From Patescibacteria group bacterium (GTDB lineage Bacteria; Patescibacteriota; Minisyncoccia; 2-02-FULL-40-12; IGHO2-01-FULL-4-A): 64,000 bases of DNA. Below, one piece after another: positions 47,472-56,564 of this stretch. Every line of letters begins with the position of its first letter. Within the stretch, counting starts at the first letter, position 1. Below the pieces are notes generated by a model. It saw only the letters and a list, made by a program, of their open reading frames with translations. It was not told where the DNA came from and did no database searches. The translations under genes and the position numbers were made by a program. The DNA is taken from NCBI GenBank assembly GCA_038064915.1, contig JBBTSB010000009.1, positions 20,773-84,772 of the forward strand, read 5' to 3'.

Positions 47472-48374
47472 TCAGATTTTTTTTACTTCCACCAGAGGCC
47501 AGGGACCCCAATCGCCCGACTTCAAGATGCCGGCTTTGGAGCCAAACTTCGTGACCACGGAGCTTGCGTTGGCGGTGCCAAATTGGATCGCTTTTTCTAT
47601 ACTTCCACTACGGATATACTCCGAAACAAAGCCGGATCCATAGGCATCTCCTGCTCCGGTGCGCTCAACAACAGGAGAATCAGGAATCCCCGCAGTGTAG
47701 GTTGTATCTTTGTCGTACACTGTGACTCCCCTCGGTCCATCACTGATAGACAAAATGCCTTTTACGTATGGCCGCAAATCAGGCGCAAGTCCCTCCGCCT
47801 CTTCTTTATTCATAAGCAGGATGTCCATGTGCGCAAATAGCGGCTTGAGCTTCTCTAGTCCATGCTCAAGCTCCTTGCCACCAGGGTTACACGCGATTTT
47901 CATACTGTTCTTCATGGCATGCTGAACTAATTTTTCAAACAAGTCATAATGTCCACCTAGCGAATCCAGGAAGAGCCACTTCGATTGCAGTTTTGAAAAA
48001 TCCAGCTCGCTTGCATTGAAGTGCTGTCCCTCGCCCTTGTACGATAAAATCGTGCGCTCGGCATCGGGTCTTACCATGATGACCGAGTAGGCCGTCATGT
48101 CATCGTGATGCTTTTCAAACATACTCACATCGATGCCCTCGCCCTCAAGCTCACGCAGTACTTCGGCACCGTTCGCATCATCGCCGATCACACCGATACA
48201 GGCCGTTTTGAGTCCCTGGCGCGCAAATGTCACGGCGTAGTTGGTTCCTCCCCCACCGGTCACCAAAACTAATTTCTTGATTTCTACTTTTGATCCAGCC
48301 TTTGCGTGTTCAAAGGCGTCACTCTGCATGAGCACATCCCTAGTCGCTGATCCGATGGAAATAATATCAAACAT
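47472..48374 (-). CDS. PfkB family carbohydrate kinase
   Basis: GGGGTN, NPG, NKEE, TGAGDAYGSG. Confidence 0.9.
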   Translation of the reverse strand: MFDIISIGSATRDVLMQSDAFEHAKAGSKVEIKKLVLVTGGGGTNYAVTFARQGLKTACIGVIGDDANGAEVLRELEGEGIDVSMFEKHHDDMTAYSVIMVRPDAERTILSYKGEGQHFNASELDFSKLQSKWLFLDSLGGHYDLFEKLVQHAMKNSMKIACNPGGKELEHGLEKLKPLFAHMDILLMNKEEAEGLAPDLRPYVKGILSISDGPRGVTVYDKDTTYTAGIPDSPVVERTGAGDAYGSGFVSEYIRSGSIEKAIQFGTANASSVVTKFGSKAGILKSGDWGPWPLVEVKKI

Positions 48375-48939
48375 GGAATTGGTCTATTCTGCTTCCTATT
48401 ACGGACTCATTGACTCCCGCTTCTTCCAGTATACCAATATTTTCCGGAGAAATCCCGCCATCGGCGACTATCTGCATGTCGGGATAGTAAAAATGGAAGT
48501 CTTTGATTTTCTCAACCACTTCTGGCAAAAACATACCGCCATAGAAACCAGGTTCAACCGTCATAAAATGCACAAAGTCCACAAGATTTACCCAAGGCTC
48601 AATTGTCTTCCACTCCGTTTTCGGATTCAGCGCAATCCCAACCTCGCATTCAATCATATCAATCACTTCCTGGTGTTTCTGTGTAGCCTCCACATGAAAT
48701 GTTATGGAAGTTGCTACATCGGCCCACTTCACGAGGTGGTTTTCGGGCTTTGAGACCATCAAGTGCACACGAAAATCCAGGCTTGTCTCCAATTCTCCCA
48801 ACGTATCTATAGTAGTATTTGGCACAAAAATCCCATCAGCGATATCCAAGTGTGCTCGCTCAAAGTGCGGCTCCAGTTGTCGTACCTTCTCTGCCAGCTC
48901 TTCTTTTGTTTTCACCAAAATCGACGGAAGGATGTCCAT
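48367..48939 (-). CDS. rpe: Ribulose-phosphate 3-epimerase
   Basis: HLDIADGIFVPN, VHLMV, MTVEPGFYG, ADGG. Confidence 0.92.
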   Translation of the reverse strand: MDILPSILVKTKEELAEKVRQLEPHFERAHLDIADGIFVPNTTIDTLGELETSLDFRVHLMVSKPENHLVKWADVATSITFHVEATQKHQEVIDMIECEVGIALNPKTEWKTIEPWVNLVDFVHFMTVEPGFYGGMFLPEVVEKIKDFHFYYPDMQIVADGGISPENIGILEEAGVNESVIGSRIDQFHV

Positions 48940-48940
48940 G

Positions 48941-49822
48941 TTATTTCACGAGATTTGGTGGTGTCCGTCCTTCAAGAGCTTCGATGATGTTGGTGGCGGC
49001 GACAATGGCCATATTGGTGCGTGCCTCGAGTGTTGCCGAAGCAATATGCGGAGTCATGACGACATTGTCGAGGAAAAACAATTCCGAAGACATCAGCGGC
49101 TCAGTTTCAAAGACGTCCAAAGCCGCACCGGCAATTGTTTTTGCTTTCAATGCCTCGATGAGTGCCGCTTCATCAATCACCGGGCCGCGAGAGGTATTGA
49201 CGAGATACGCGGTGGGCTTCATTTTTGCTAAACGGTCAGCATTGATCATGTGACGCGTGGAATCCAGGAGAGGCACGTGAATAGAAACAATATCGCATTG
49301 CGGAAGAAATACATCAGGATCGTCGTTGGGTCCGCAGGTAATTGCTTTCATACCAAACGCACCCGCCATCTCCGCAACACGAGATCCAATTCTGCCCGGA
49401 CCCAGAATGCCCAAGGTTTTTCCTTTCAGTTCCATGCCCAGCATGAAATCCCACGCCCAGGATTCTTTCCATTCGCCTGTGCGAATATGCTGATCAGCTT
49501 CAGGTATGCGACGTGCAATAGAAAGTACAAGCGCAATAGCATGTTCCGCTACTGCTTCGGTAAGTACATCAGGAGTGTTTGTAATTAAAATATTATGTGC
49601 TTTTGCCGCATCAAGATCGATATTATTGTATCCCACTGCGTAATTGGCGATGATCTTGAGTGTTGCCGGCGCTGTGTCAAAAAAAGCCTTGTCGAGTTTA
49701 TCCGGAAGACCTGAAAGCATAGCGTCCGCCTCGGTAATACTGTCCACGATTTCAAAACCCTTGTTTTTCAGTATTTCGATTCCCACCTCCGGGATTGGTC
49801 GTGCAAGAAATACTTTACCCAT
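48941..49822 (-). CDS. D-2-hydroxyacid (glyoxylate/glycerate) dehydrogenase
   Basis: AVGYNNID, GPGRIG, NTSRG, LDVFETEP, TPHIAS; start set at 49822. Confidence 0.9.
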   Translation of the reverse strand: MGKVFLARPIPEVGIEILKNKGFEIVDSITEADAMLSGLPDKLDKAFFDTAPATLKIIANYAVGYNNIDLDAAKAHNILITNTPDVLTEAVAEHAIALVLSIARRIPEADQHIRTGEWKESWAWDFMLGMELKGKTLGILGPGRIGSRVAEMAGAFGMKAITCGPNDDPDVFLPQCDIVSIHVPLLDSTRHMINADRLAKMKPTAYLVNTSRGPVIDEAALIEALKAKTIAGAALDVFETEPLMSSELFFLDNVVMTPHIASATLEARTNMAIVAATNIIEALEGRTPPNLVK

Positions 49823-50285
49823 GGATGACTTTGCCAGTTTCTTCAATTTGCTCAATTTCTTTGATGCGACGAACGTGGCGCTCCTCAAAAGTAAACTTCG
49901 TTTCCAGCCATAGCTTGATTGCCTCTTTTGCTTCACCTTCGGTAATATAGGTCGCAGAAAGTGAGAGAACGTTGGTGTGGTTGTGCTCCTTTGCTAGCTT
50001 GATCATATCAAGCAACTTGCCATAGTAAAGTGCCGCACGGACATGTTTGTACTTGTTTGCCACAATCGCCTCACCTTGGCCCGTGTGTCCCAAAACAATA
50101 CCAAATGAATTATCCGGATCGGCTGAAACTTTTTTACCAACACGATGGACAAAATCCGGGTAGTCGTCCTTGGGATCGTACTCAAGTGCCCCGCAATCCT
50201 CAAAGTCATAGTTCCACTCTTTCAGCCACAGCTTAATTTTTTCCTTCAGTTCAAATCCACGATGATCAGTACCTAAGTAAATCAT
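49815..50285 (-). CDS. rpiB: RpiB/LacA/LacB family sugar-phosphate isomerase
   Basis: GTDHRG, DDYPD, GHTGQGE, EHNHTNVL, RHVRR. Confidence 0.9.
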   Translation of the reverse strand: MIYLGTDHRGFELKEKIKLWLKEWNYDFEDCGALEYDPKDDYPDFVHRVGKKVSADPDNSFGIVLGHTGQGEAIVANKYKHVRAALYYGKLLDMIKLAKEHNHTNVLSLSATYITEGEAKEAIKLWLETKFTFEERHVRRIKEIEQIEETGKVIHG

Positions 50286-51160
50286 AGTCTATTGAGATAG
50301 CTCACCGCTGACAGCAGTGCCGTGACTCCCTGCCCTGCTGCGATTGGGTTTTGCTTATATTGCATATTAGTGACATCACCTGCGGCATACAATCCAGGAA
50401 TATTGGTCTCGCAACTTTGATTGATAACAATCTCACCAAAATTGTTTTTTTCTACGCCCTCGGGCGCCATGGCCGAATTGGCGATCATGCCAATGTGGAC
50501 AAAAATCCCATCCACCGTTATTTCTCTATCATTATACCGCAAACCGGTAACAAATTCATTACCAATGATCTCTTTGGTCAAGGCTGAATATATGATCTCA
50601 ACATTTGGCTTATTCTGCAAGTTATCAATCAACACAGCATCACCCTTGAACTGTGGGTTCTTGTTGATCACGTACACTTTTTTACACAAATCAGCCAACA
50701 TCAAAGCGGATTCCAGCGCTGAATTTCCACCCCCAATGGTTGCCACGACTTTACCAGCAAAAATGGGACCGTCGCACGTCGTGCAGTAGCTCACGCCTTT
50801 GTTCCGAAATTCTTTCTCACCGGGAATATTGAGCTCCCGCGGATGCGCACCGGTGGCGATGATGACTGTTTTTGTTTCATAACCGTCCACCAAAAAAGAC
50901 CCATTCTTCTTCTCGATCTTTTTTATCTCAATGTCCTCATCGATCGAGACTCCTAGAAACTCTAAATGCTCGCGGAATTTTTGAGCGAGCTCAATGCCAT
51001 TGGTTTCCGGAATGCCCGGCCAGTTGCCGATTTCCCCGGATGTAGCAAGCTCACCATTGAAATCCTTGGTAACAACTTTAAAATTCAGCCCTCGCCGAGC
51101 GGCATAAATAGCGGCGGCAGTACCGGCGGTAGAACCGCCGATGATTACAAGGTCGTACAT
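50282..51160 (-). CDS. trxB: Thioredoxin reductase-like FAD oxidoreductase
   Basis: GVSYCTTCDG, GGGNSA, AAGDVT. Confidence 0.88.
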   Translation of the reverse strand: MYDLVIIGGSTAGTAAAIYAARRGLNFKVVTKDFNGELATSGEIGNWPGIPETNGIELAQKFREHLEFLGVSIDEDIEIKKIEKKNGSFLVDGYETKTVIIATGAHPRELNIPGEKEFRNKGVSYCTTCDGPIFAGKVVATIGGGNSALESALMLADLCKKVYVINKNPQFKGDAVLIDNLQNKPNVEIIYSALTKEIIGNEFVTGLRYNDREITVDGIFVHIGMIANSAMAPEGVEKNNFGEIVINQSCETNIPGLYAAGDVTNMQYKQNPIAAGQGVTALLSAVSYLNRL

Positions 51161-51163
51161 AGT

Positions 51164-51208
51164 AAATGACTAATAATTAATTACTAATGATTAATCAATA
51201 ACCAAATG
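51164..51208. repeat. Left 45-bp inverted repeat (degenerate AATGACT-type heptamers)
   Basis: Matches the reverse complement of 52104-52148 at 40/45. Confidence 0.85.
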
Positions 51209-51210
51209 GC

Positions 51211-51582
51211 TCAATGGTCATTAATTTTATTTTCCCGGCTTGATTTAATAATCTTAGCAAAGATCAAATTCAACTCTTTTGCTTCCTGCCATAACTTTCG
51301 AGCTGATTCTTTGCTCTCGGGAACAGAAGCGCCAATCATATGAAACCAATACATGCTTTCACGAACCTCTTTCTTGCAAATCCCGATTTTGTGGACAAAA
51401 TCTTTCTTCGATTCCGCATTATTGGCCTCACAATAGTTTGCGCCAACGCTGGTACCAGATCGGACCAGCTGACTGATCAACGGTCTGGTGATACTATTTT
51501 CGGCTATTTTCCTGCAAAAATCAAGGACCATGATACCAAACTTTGCGGTACGTTCTTCGAGGTCAAATTTCTTATCGGTCAT
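51211..51582 (-). CDS. Four-helix-bundle protein (23S rRNA IVP-like family)
   Basis: DLEERT..F, QLVRSGTSVGANYCEA, SKKDFVHK..I..KE..ES.YW. Confidence 0.9.
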   Translation of the reverse strand: MTDKKFDLEERTAKFGIMVLDFCRKIAENSITRPLISQLVRSGTSVGANYCEANNAESKKDFVHKIGICKKEVRESMYWFHMIGASVPESKESARKLWQEAKELNLIFAKIIKSSRENKINDH

Positions 51583-52106
51583 AGCTGAAATTGGTCAACG
51601 ATTTTTTGAGCAACCTCATTGGGTTGTAACAAATTGGTATCCAACGTCAAGCTATCCGTATGCTGCACTTTTGCAAATAAATTAAACTTGTCCATAAGTT
51701 CCTTGAGTTTTTCTTGGGTCTTTACTTTGTGGAATTTTTCTCTGCTTGGTTCATTCACACGCTTCATCAATACCTCTTCGGGTGCTATGAGCTGCACAAA
51801 GTATATCGTTCCCCGGTTGCGTTTGATAATATCGGTCAGTGAATCAATCCAAGGCTGGTCACTAATATCATAGACGTAGGTAAATATGACACCAGGAATC
51901 TCTGCTTTCGCAGCTGTATCGATGATATCTTCTCGAATCCTATTGACCAAAGGCGCACGAGCAGGATGTCCCCACTCAAAAAAGATGCCAATCATATCAC
52001 TGATAATATGATTGTGAAAGTTTTTGTAGCCAGTGAGTTTCTCAAGCTCATTTGCTACCGTAAGCTTTCCAACAGCAGGTGGTCCATATAGAAAGATGAG
52101 ATTCAT
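51579..52106 (-). CDS. P-loop kinase (shikimate kinase/AAA-like)
   Basis: YGPPAVGKLT Walker A, FHNH. Confidence 0.8.
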   Translation of the reverse strand: MNLIFLYGPPAVGKLTVANELEKLTGYKNFHNHIISDMIGIFFEWGHPARAPLVNRIREDIIDTAAKAEIPGVIFTYVYDISDQPWIDSLTDIIKRNRGTIYFVQLIAPEEVLMKRVNEPSREKFHKVKTQEKLKELMDKFNLFAKVQHTDSLTLDTNLLQPNEVAQKIVDQFQL

Positions 52107-52148
52107 TTGCTCATTGATTAGTCATTAGTAATTCGTTATTAGTCATTT
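52104..52148. repeat. Right 45-bp inverted repeat; contains the kinase ATG
   Basis: Reverse complement reads AAATGACTAATAACGAATTACTAATGACTAATCAATGAGCAAATG. Confidence 0.85.
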
Positions 52149-52151
52149 TCT

Positions 52152-53447
52152 ATGTTCTATTGTATCATGATTTGTATGCGAAAACATCTTGCGCTGATTG
52201 TCATTTTACTGGCTAGTATCGCTGTCCATTTTGCATTTTTCGGACATCCCCGACAAACCGTTTTTGATGAAGTCCACTTTGGCAAATTTGTTTCCGGTTA
52301 CTTCACGCACGAGTATTTTTTTGACATCCATCCCCCGCTGGGCAAGCTGATCATTTCCGGAGCAGCAAAGATGGCGGGGTTTGAGCCGGGCTTTAGTTTT
52401 GGACAAATTGGCGAGCAGTTTCCCAATGCAACGTACAAGGCGATGCGGCTACTTCCCAGCATCGCTGGCACATTGCTTCCTGTAGTGATTTTCTTACTGC
52501 TCCTTGAGCTGAAGTTTTCGAAAGGCGCTGCCATGACTGCCGGTTTGCTCATCGCTTTTGATAATGCTCTTCTGGTGCAATCCCGTTTTATGCTTCTGGA
52601 CTCGTTTTTGTTGCTCTTGGGATTTCTCTCATGGTGGTTGTATGCAAAATTCCGCAATTCTCCCACTACTCACTATTCACTATTCACTTCTGCTGCCATC
52701 TTTGCCGGCGCCGCAGCATCAGTAAAGTGGACGGGGATAACGTTTCTTGCGGTAATCGGCATTCTTGAGCTTATTCGTGTCATTCGAGAGCGAACTCGTT
52801 TTCTATCACTAGTGGTTTTGATTTTTGTGCCATTTTTGGTCTACTACGCACTATTCACTATCCACTTCTCCCTCCTATCACAGCCAGGTCCCGGTGATGC
52901 GTTCATGTCGCAGGATTTTCGCGACGGAAAACTCTCTTCGTTCGAAAAATTTAATGAACTCAATAGCGAGATGTACCGGGCTAACGCACGATTGACGGCG
53001 ACCCATCCCTACTCGAGCAAGTGGTACCAATGGCCATTCATGGTAAAGGGTATTTACTATTGGAACTCCGCCAATGAAAAAATTTATCTTTTGGGAAATC
53101 CCATTATTTGGTGGGCTTCGACGTTTGGCATTTTATATATCCTTATCAACAGCGTTACTGCGAGAAATACGATGTATTGGCTTTTGAGCGGTGCCTATCT
53201 GCTGAATATACTTCCATTCATCGGAATAGATAGGGCAATGTTCCTCTATCACTACTTTACAGGACTCATCATCGCTATTATTGCCCTTGTGTATTTTGTC
53301 GATTCATTGAAAAACCGCAATAAAATCTTTGCGGTTTTGCTGGCGGCAAGTTTTGTGGTTTTCCTCTACTTCGCTCCCCTCTCATATGGACTACAACTTT
53401 CTGAAAAAGCCTTCCAGCATCGGATGTGGTTGGAGAGTTGGAAGTAA
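52152..53447 (+). CDS. Protein O-mannosyltransferase (PMT/GT39)-like glycosyltransferase
   Basis: VFDEVHF, DIHPPLGK, SRFMLLD, HPYSSKWYQWP, LGNP, MFLYHY; start may be 52176. Confidence 0.88.
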   Translation: MFYCIMICMRKHLALIVILLASIAVHFAFFGHPRQTVFDEVHFGKFVSGYFTHEYFFDIHPPLGKLIISGAAKMAGFEPGFSFGQIGEQFPNATYKAMRLLPSIAGTLLPVVIFLLLLELKFSKGAAMTAGLLIAFDNALLVQSRFMLLDSFLLLLGFLSWWLYAKFRNSPTTHYSLFTSAAIFAGAAASVKWTGITFLAVIGILELIRVIRERTRFLSLVVLIFVPFLVYYALFTIHFSLLSQPGPGDAFMSQDFRDGKLSSFEKFNELNSEMYRANARLTATHPYSSKWYQWPFMVKGIYYWNSANEKIYLLGNPIIWWASTFGILYILINSVTARNTMYWLLSGAYLLNILPFIGIDRAMFLYHYFTGLIIAIIALVYFVDSLKNRNKIFAVLLAASFVVFLYFAPLSYGLQLSEKAFQHRMWLESWK

Positions 53448-53470
53448 AAAGCCAGGGAGAGTCAAGGCGC

Positions 53471-53701
53471 TTACGACTCTCCCTCTTCACCCAGAGAACA
53501 GGTGAATTCCGCCAGGGCTTTGAGGCCCTCGTCTCGCGTCTTGGCCTTGATGATCTTGACGAGTTGCGAAGGCTTGGGAATTACTCGGCGCACTTTCCAG
53601 GTGTGCCGAAACTGACCCTGACGGTAATCCACGCGATAGCGCTGATCGTTTAGCTCAAAAATCCAGCGCACCGCGGTTAGTACCGTGAGGAGATCAGGCA
53701 T
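53471..53701 (-). CDS. Orphan hypothetical protein (76 aa)
   Basis: SD GGGAGG; hairpin spanning the stop (53454-53484) followed by a T tract. Confidence 0.6.
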   Translation of the reverse strand: MPDLLTVLTAVRWIFELNDQRYRVDYRQGQFRHTWKVRRVIPKPSQLVKIIKAKTRDEGLKALAEFTCSLGEEGES

Positions 53702-53721
53702 GGCCTCCCTCCTTACTCTCC

Positions 53722-54294
53722 TTATAGCACAATATCGCGGACTTTCAAATAGAGTTCTTCGGCGGCTTTCCAGTCAAAATTTTTCCAGAAGGCTTCGATA
53801 TACGCTTTGCGATCTGATCCAAAATCAATAAAATACGCGTGTTCATACACATCGAGCACGATGATGGGAATACATCCCCACACCCCGCCCTGGTTGTGGC
53901 TATCGGCATTGTACTGCATGAGCTTTGCTTTTTTGGTATCCCATGCAAGAATTGCCCATCCACGAGCTGCCATCCCACATTCACTCATATATTTGACGCC
54001 ATCTTCGAAGCTGCCAAATTTTTCTTCAAGAGCTTTCGCCAGTTCGGGCGCATCCTCTGTTTTTCCTTCTCCACTGATATTCTCAAAATACCACTCGTGG
54101 AGATAGACACCGTTGGTTGCAAAGGTCTCTTCAGTTTTTAAAGCTCGCAACTCACTGAAAGTAGCATTCCCTTCTGCTTTTCCTGATTTTCTCAACTCTC
54201 CAAGCTTATTTCCTATCTCTTCAGACTTTTTTACATACCCTGCATAGAGCTTATCACGATGGATTGCCATCGTTTTTTCAGAAATTCCAATCAT
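53722..54294 (-). CDS. Fe/Mn superoxide dismutase family protein
   Basis: AIH, YLHEWYF, LDVYEHAY. Confidence 0.88.
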   Translation of the reverse strand: MIGISEKTMAIHRDKLYAGYVKKSEEIGNKLGELRKSGKAEGNATFSELRALKTEETFATNGVYLHEWYFENISGEGKTEDAPELAKALEEKFGSFEDGVKYMSECGMAARGWAILAWDTKKAKLMQYNADSHNQGGVWGCIPIIVLDVYEHAYFIDFGSDRKAYIEAFWKNFDWKAAEELYLKVRDIVL

Positions 54295-54527
54295 AGTCCT
54301 AGTAAATTACTAATTTTTGGTTTATCAAAACCTATCACAATCTTGCCGTCAATTTCGATAACAGGGACGCCAAACTGATGCGATTTGTCGAGCATCTCCT
54401 GCCTGCGGTGAATATCCCGCGCCACGTCGTACTCGTTGTACTGGATGTTGTTCTTTGCAAAATACTCCTTTGCCATCTTGCAGTATGCGCAGCTGGGAGT
54501 CGTAAAAATAGATACGGTGTGTGCCAT
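54291..54527 (-). CDS. Glutaredoxin-like (NrdH/YruB) protein
   Basis: CAYC, GVPVI, IGFD; start set at 54527. Confidence 0.9.
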   Translation of the reverse strand: MAHTVSIFTTPSCAYCKMAKEYFAKNNIQYNEYDVARDIHRRQEMLDKSHQFGVPVIEIDGKIVIGFDKPKISNLLGL

Positions 54528-54545
54528 AGGACTTTCATTATACCA

Positions 54546-54579
54546 AAATAAAAATCCCCCACAAGGGGGATTTTTATTT
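54546..54579. terminator. Intrinsic terminator
   Basis: AAATAAAAATCCCCC-ACAA-GGGGGATTTTTATTT after the RRM gene. Confidence 0.85.
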
Positions 54580-54582
54580 GAG

Positions 54583-54906
54583 TTAGAAGCCTCCTCGGCC
54601 TCCGCCTCCGAAACCACCACCACGAGGAGCGCGAGGCTCCATCGGACGTGCTTCGTTCACGACGATGTTTCGTCCGCCCATGTCTTGGCCGTTGAACATC
54701 TCGATCGCTTTCATAGCTTCTTCCTTGGTCGCCATTTCGACGAACCCGAAGCCCTTGGAGCGACCCGACATTTTGTCGATGATGACGTGTGCTGAAGTCA
54801 CATTTCCCGCTGCGGAGAAATGATCCTTGAGCTGGTCATCGGTCGTGCTGTAGGGAAGGCTGCCGACGTAGAGTCGGGTGCCGTTGCCCTGTGTTGCATT
54901 ATCCAT
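54583..54906 (-). CDS. RRM RNA-binding protein with Gly-rich tail
   Basis: RNP2 LYVGSL, RNP1 KGFGFVEM, VNEARP. Confidence 0.93.
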   Translation of the reverse strand: MDNATQGNGTRLYVGSLPYSTTDDQLKDHFSAAGNVTSAHVIIDKMSGRSKGFGFVEMATKEEAMKAIEMFNGQDMGGRNIVVNEARPMEPRAPRGGGFGGGGRGGF

Positions 54907-54974
54907 GCGTGCACTTTGTTAAAAGTTCTACTATCTGTAGGAGGACCTTCTCGTAGTGCACGCCTCGGATAAAC

Positions 54975-55325
54975 CTAACGCTTGCTCAAACTGAGAACAC
55001 CTACAATGTCATCTATTATACTCTCATCATCAAGAATGTCAAGATCGGTGATAAATTCCTCGTCCAGCATAGCAAGTTCTTCCTCCATCACCGCTACTTC
55101 TCCAGATTCCTCTACCTCGATTTGCACATATTCTGCTTCTGGTATAGCTGGAGAGACAACAAAAAATGCAACGATGGCCACTACAGGAACAAAAGCCAAC
55201 CACGGCCAACGCACCCTTTTTTCAGGAAGATTTTCAACGATATTCTTCACCGCTCCCCATGGAGGTTTGATGGATTGTGCCTCTTGGTGAAGTGCCTGTT
55301 CCAGTTGTTTATCTTGGTAGTCCAT
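54975..55325 (-). CDS. Putative anti-sigma factor (single TM, acidic C-terminus)
   Basis: Overlaps the 3' end of the ECF sigma gene; central TM. Confidence 0.6.
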   Translation of the reverse strand: MDYQDKQLEQALHQEAQSIKPPWGAVKNIVENLPEKRVRWPWLAFVPVVAIVAFFVVSPAIPEAEYVQIEVEESGEVAVMEEELAMLDEEFITDLDILDDESIIDDIVGVLSLSKR

Positions 55326-55854
55326 GGCGTAGTGCTTTTAATCCTCGTGATTGCAGTTGACGTACGGCCTCTTCGGTTTTCCCCATCAACTGCGCAATTT
55401 CTTGGTTTGAACAATCATTGATGTATCTCAGGGTCAATACCTCACATTGATCATCGCTAAGCTTTTGAAGCGCATCTCGTACCATCGTGCCGTCATAGCG
55501 GATGGAAATGAGTTGTGCTATATCGGGGCCTGGATCGGTGATTTCATGTCCATCTTCCATGATGATTTCCCGCTTTTTTCTTCGATAATCAATAACCGAA
55601 TTTCGAGCAATCGTATAGAAAAACGAAAGCGGATTTTTGCCCCGATTGCGAAATTTCGCAAGTGCTTTATAGGCTTTTAAAAAAACGGTTTGAAGGAGAT
55701 CTTCCACGTCTTCTCTCCGACGGACACGAAAATAAATATACCGATATAGTGGCGTAGCATACTGCTCATACAAGAGCGAAAAGGCATTCTCATCTCCTTT
55801 TCTGGCCTCATCCATGAGCTTCACCGCGTCAATTGTGGAATCCATCTCGTTCAT
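55309..55854 (-). CDS. ECF RNA polymerase sigma factor
   Basis: GDENAFSLLY, EDLLQTVFLKAY, IARNSVIDY, region 4 EIAQLMGK. Confidence 0.92.
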   Translation of the reverse strand: MNEMDSTIDAVKLMDEARKGDENAFSLLYEQYATPLYRYIYFRVRRREDVEDLLQTVFLKAYKALAKFRNRGKNPLSFFYTIARNSVIDYRRKKREIIMEDGHEITDPGPDIAQLISIRYDGTMVRDALQKLSDDQCEVLTLRYINDCSNQEIAQLMGKTEEAVRQLQSRGLKALRHGLPR

Positions 55855-55897
55855 AAGGTTTAACGATTCTATCAGGCTTATGTGACGAGATCAAACT

Positions 55898-55987
55898 TGG
55901 CGGTGAGGGTGAGATTCGAACTCACGATACGGTTTCCCGTATGACAGTTTTCAAGACTGTTGCCTTAAACCACTCGGCCACCTCACC
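55898..55987 (-). tRNA. tRNA-Ser(UGA)
   Basis: Acceptor GGTGAGG/CCTCACC; ACAGT-CT-TGA-AA-ACTGT; long variable arm; encoded CCA. Confidence 0.95.
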
Positions 55988-56019
55988 AAGTCCATCATCC
56001 TAGCATTTTTTAGGCGCGA

Positions 56020-56045
56020 ACAAAACCCCCAGGTGGGGGTTTTGT
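56020..56045. terminator. Intrinsic terminator after the pilin gene
   Basis: ACAAAACCCCC-AGGT-GGGGGTTTTGT. Confidence 0.75.
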
Positions 56046-56067
56046 GCTAACACTCAAAGTATGTGTG

Positions 56068-56520
56068 TTACCGGGTCACGCTGATCGAAGCGAGATCGGC
56101 AAGCGGAGCATCTACGAAGATACGGTTATTGGCAAGTTTCTGAACCCAGTATCCCGTGCCGCTTGCAGCACATCCCGTGGGACAGTCAGGATCAACAGGC
56201 ATTTCACCGATATAGATGGCATTGTCAGTAAGATCTGAAAGGTCAACAAGTCCAGTACAGCTAGCGGCACCAGTCGCACAAATTTCAGTTTTTGTCGTGG
56301 TGATCGATGTAGGAAGCTTTCCTTTATTGTCTACCGTGTACTGTCCGATAGCGTTGAGGATAGCATTTATATTGCTCGACCTTGCCGTATCATTGGCTTG
56401 GGAAAACTGACGAGCCGGGTTAATGGCTATCATTACCACCGCCGCCAAAATAGCGATGATACCGATGACGATGAGGAGTTCAATAAGAGTGAATCCTCGC
56501 TGACCAAAAAACTTTTTCAT
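56068..56520 (-). CDS. Type IV pilin (stand-alone)
   Basis: RG|FTLIELLIVIGIIAILA, AINP, two Cys pairs, PVDP. Confidence 0.9.
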   Translation of the reverse strand: MKKFFGQRGFTLIELLIVIGIIAILAAVVMIAINPARQFSQANDTARSSNINAILNAIGQYTVDNKGKLPTSITTTKTEICATGAASCTGLVDLSDLTDNAIYIGEMPVDPDCPTGCAASGTGYWVQKLANNRIFVDAPLADLASISVTR

Positions 56521-56564
56521 AGAAAGAGTTTGTTAAATTTACTATTAAAGTGATTATACCACGT

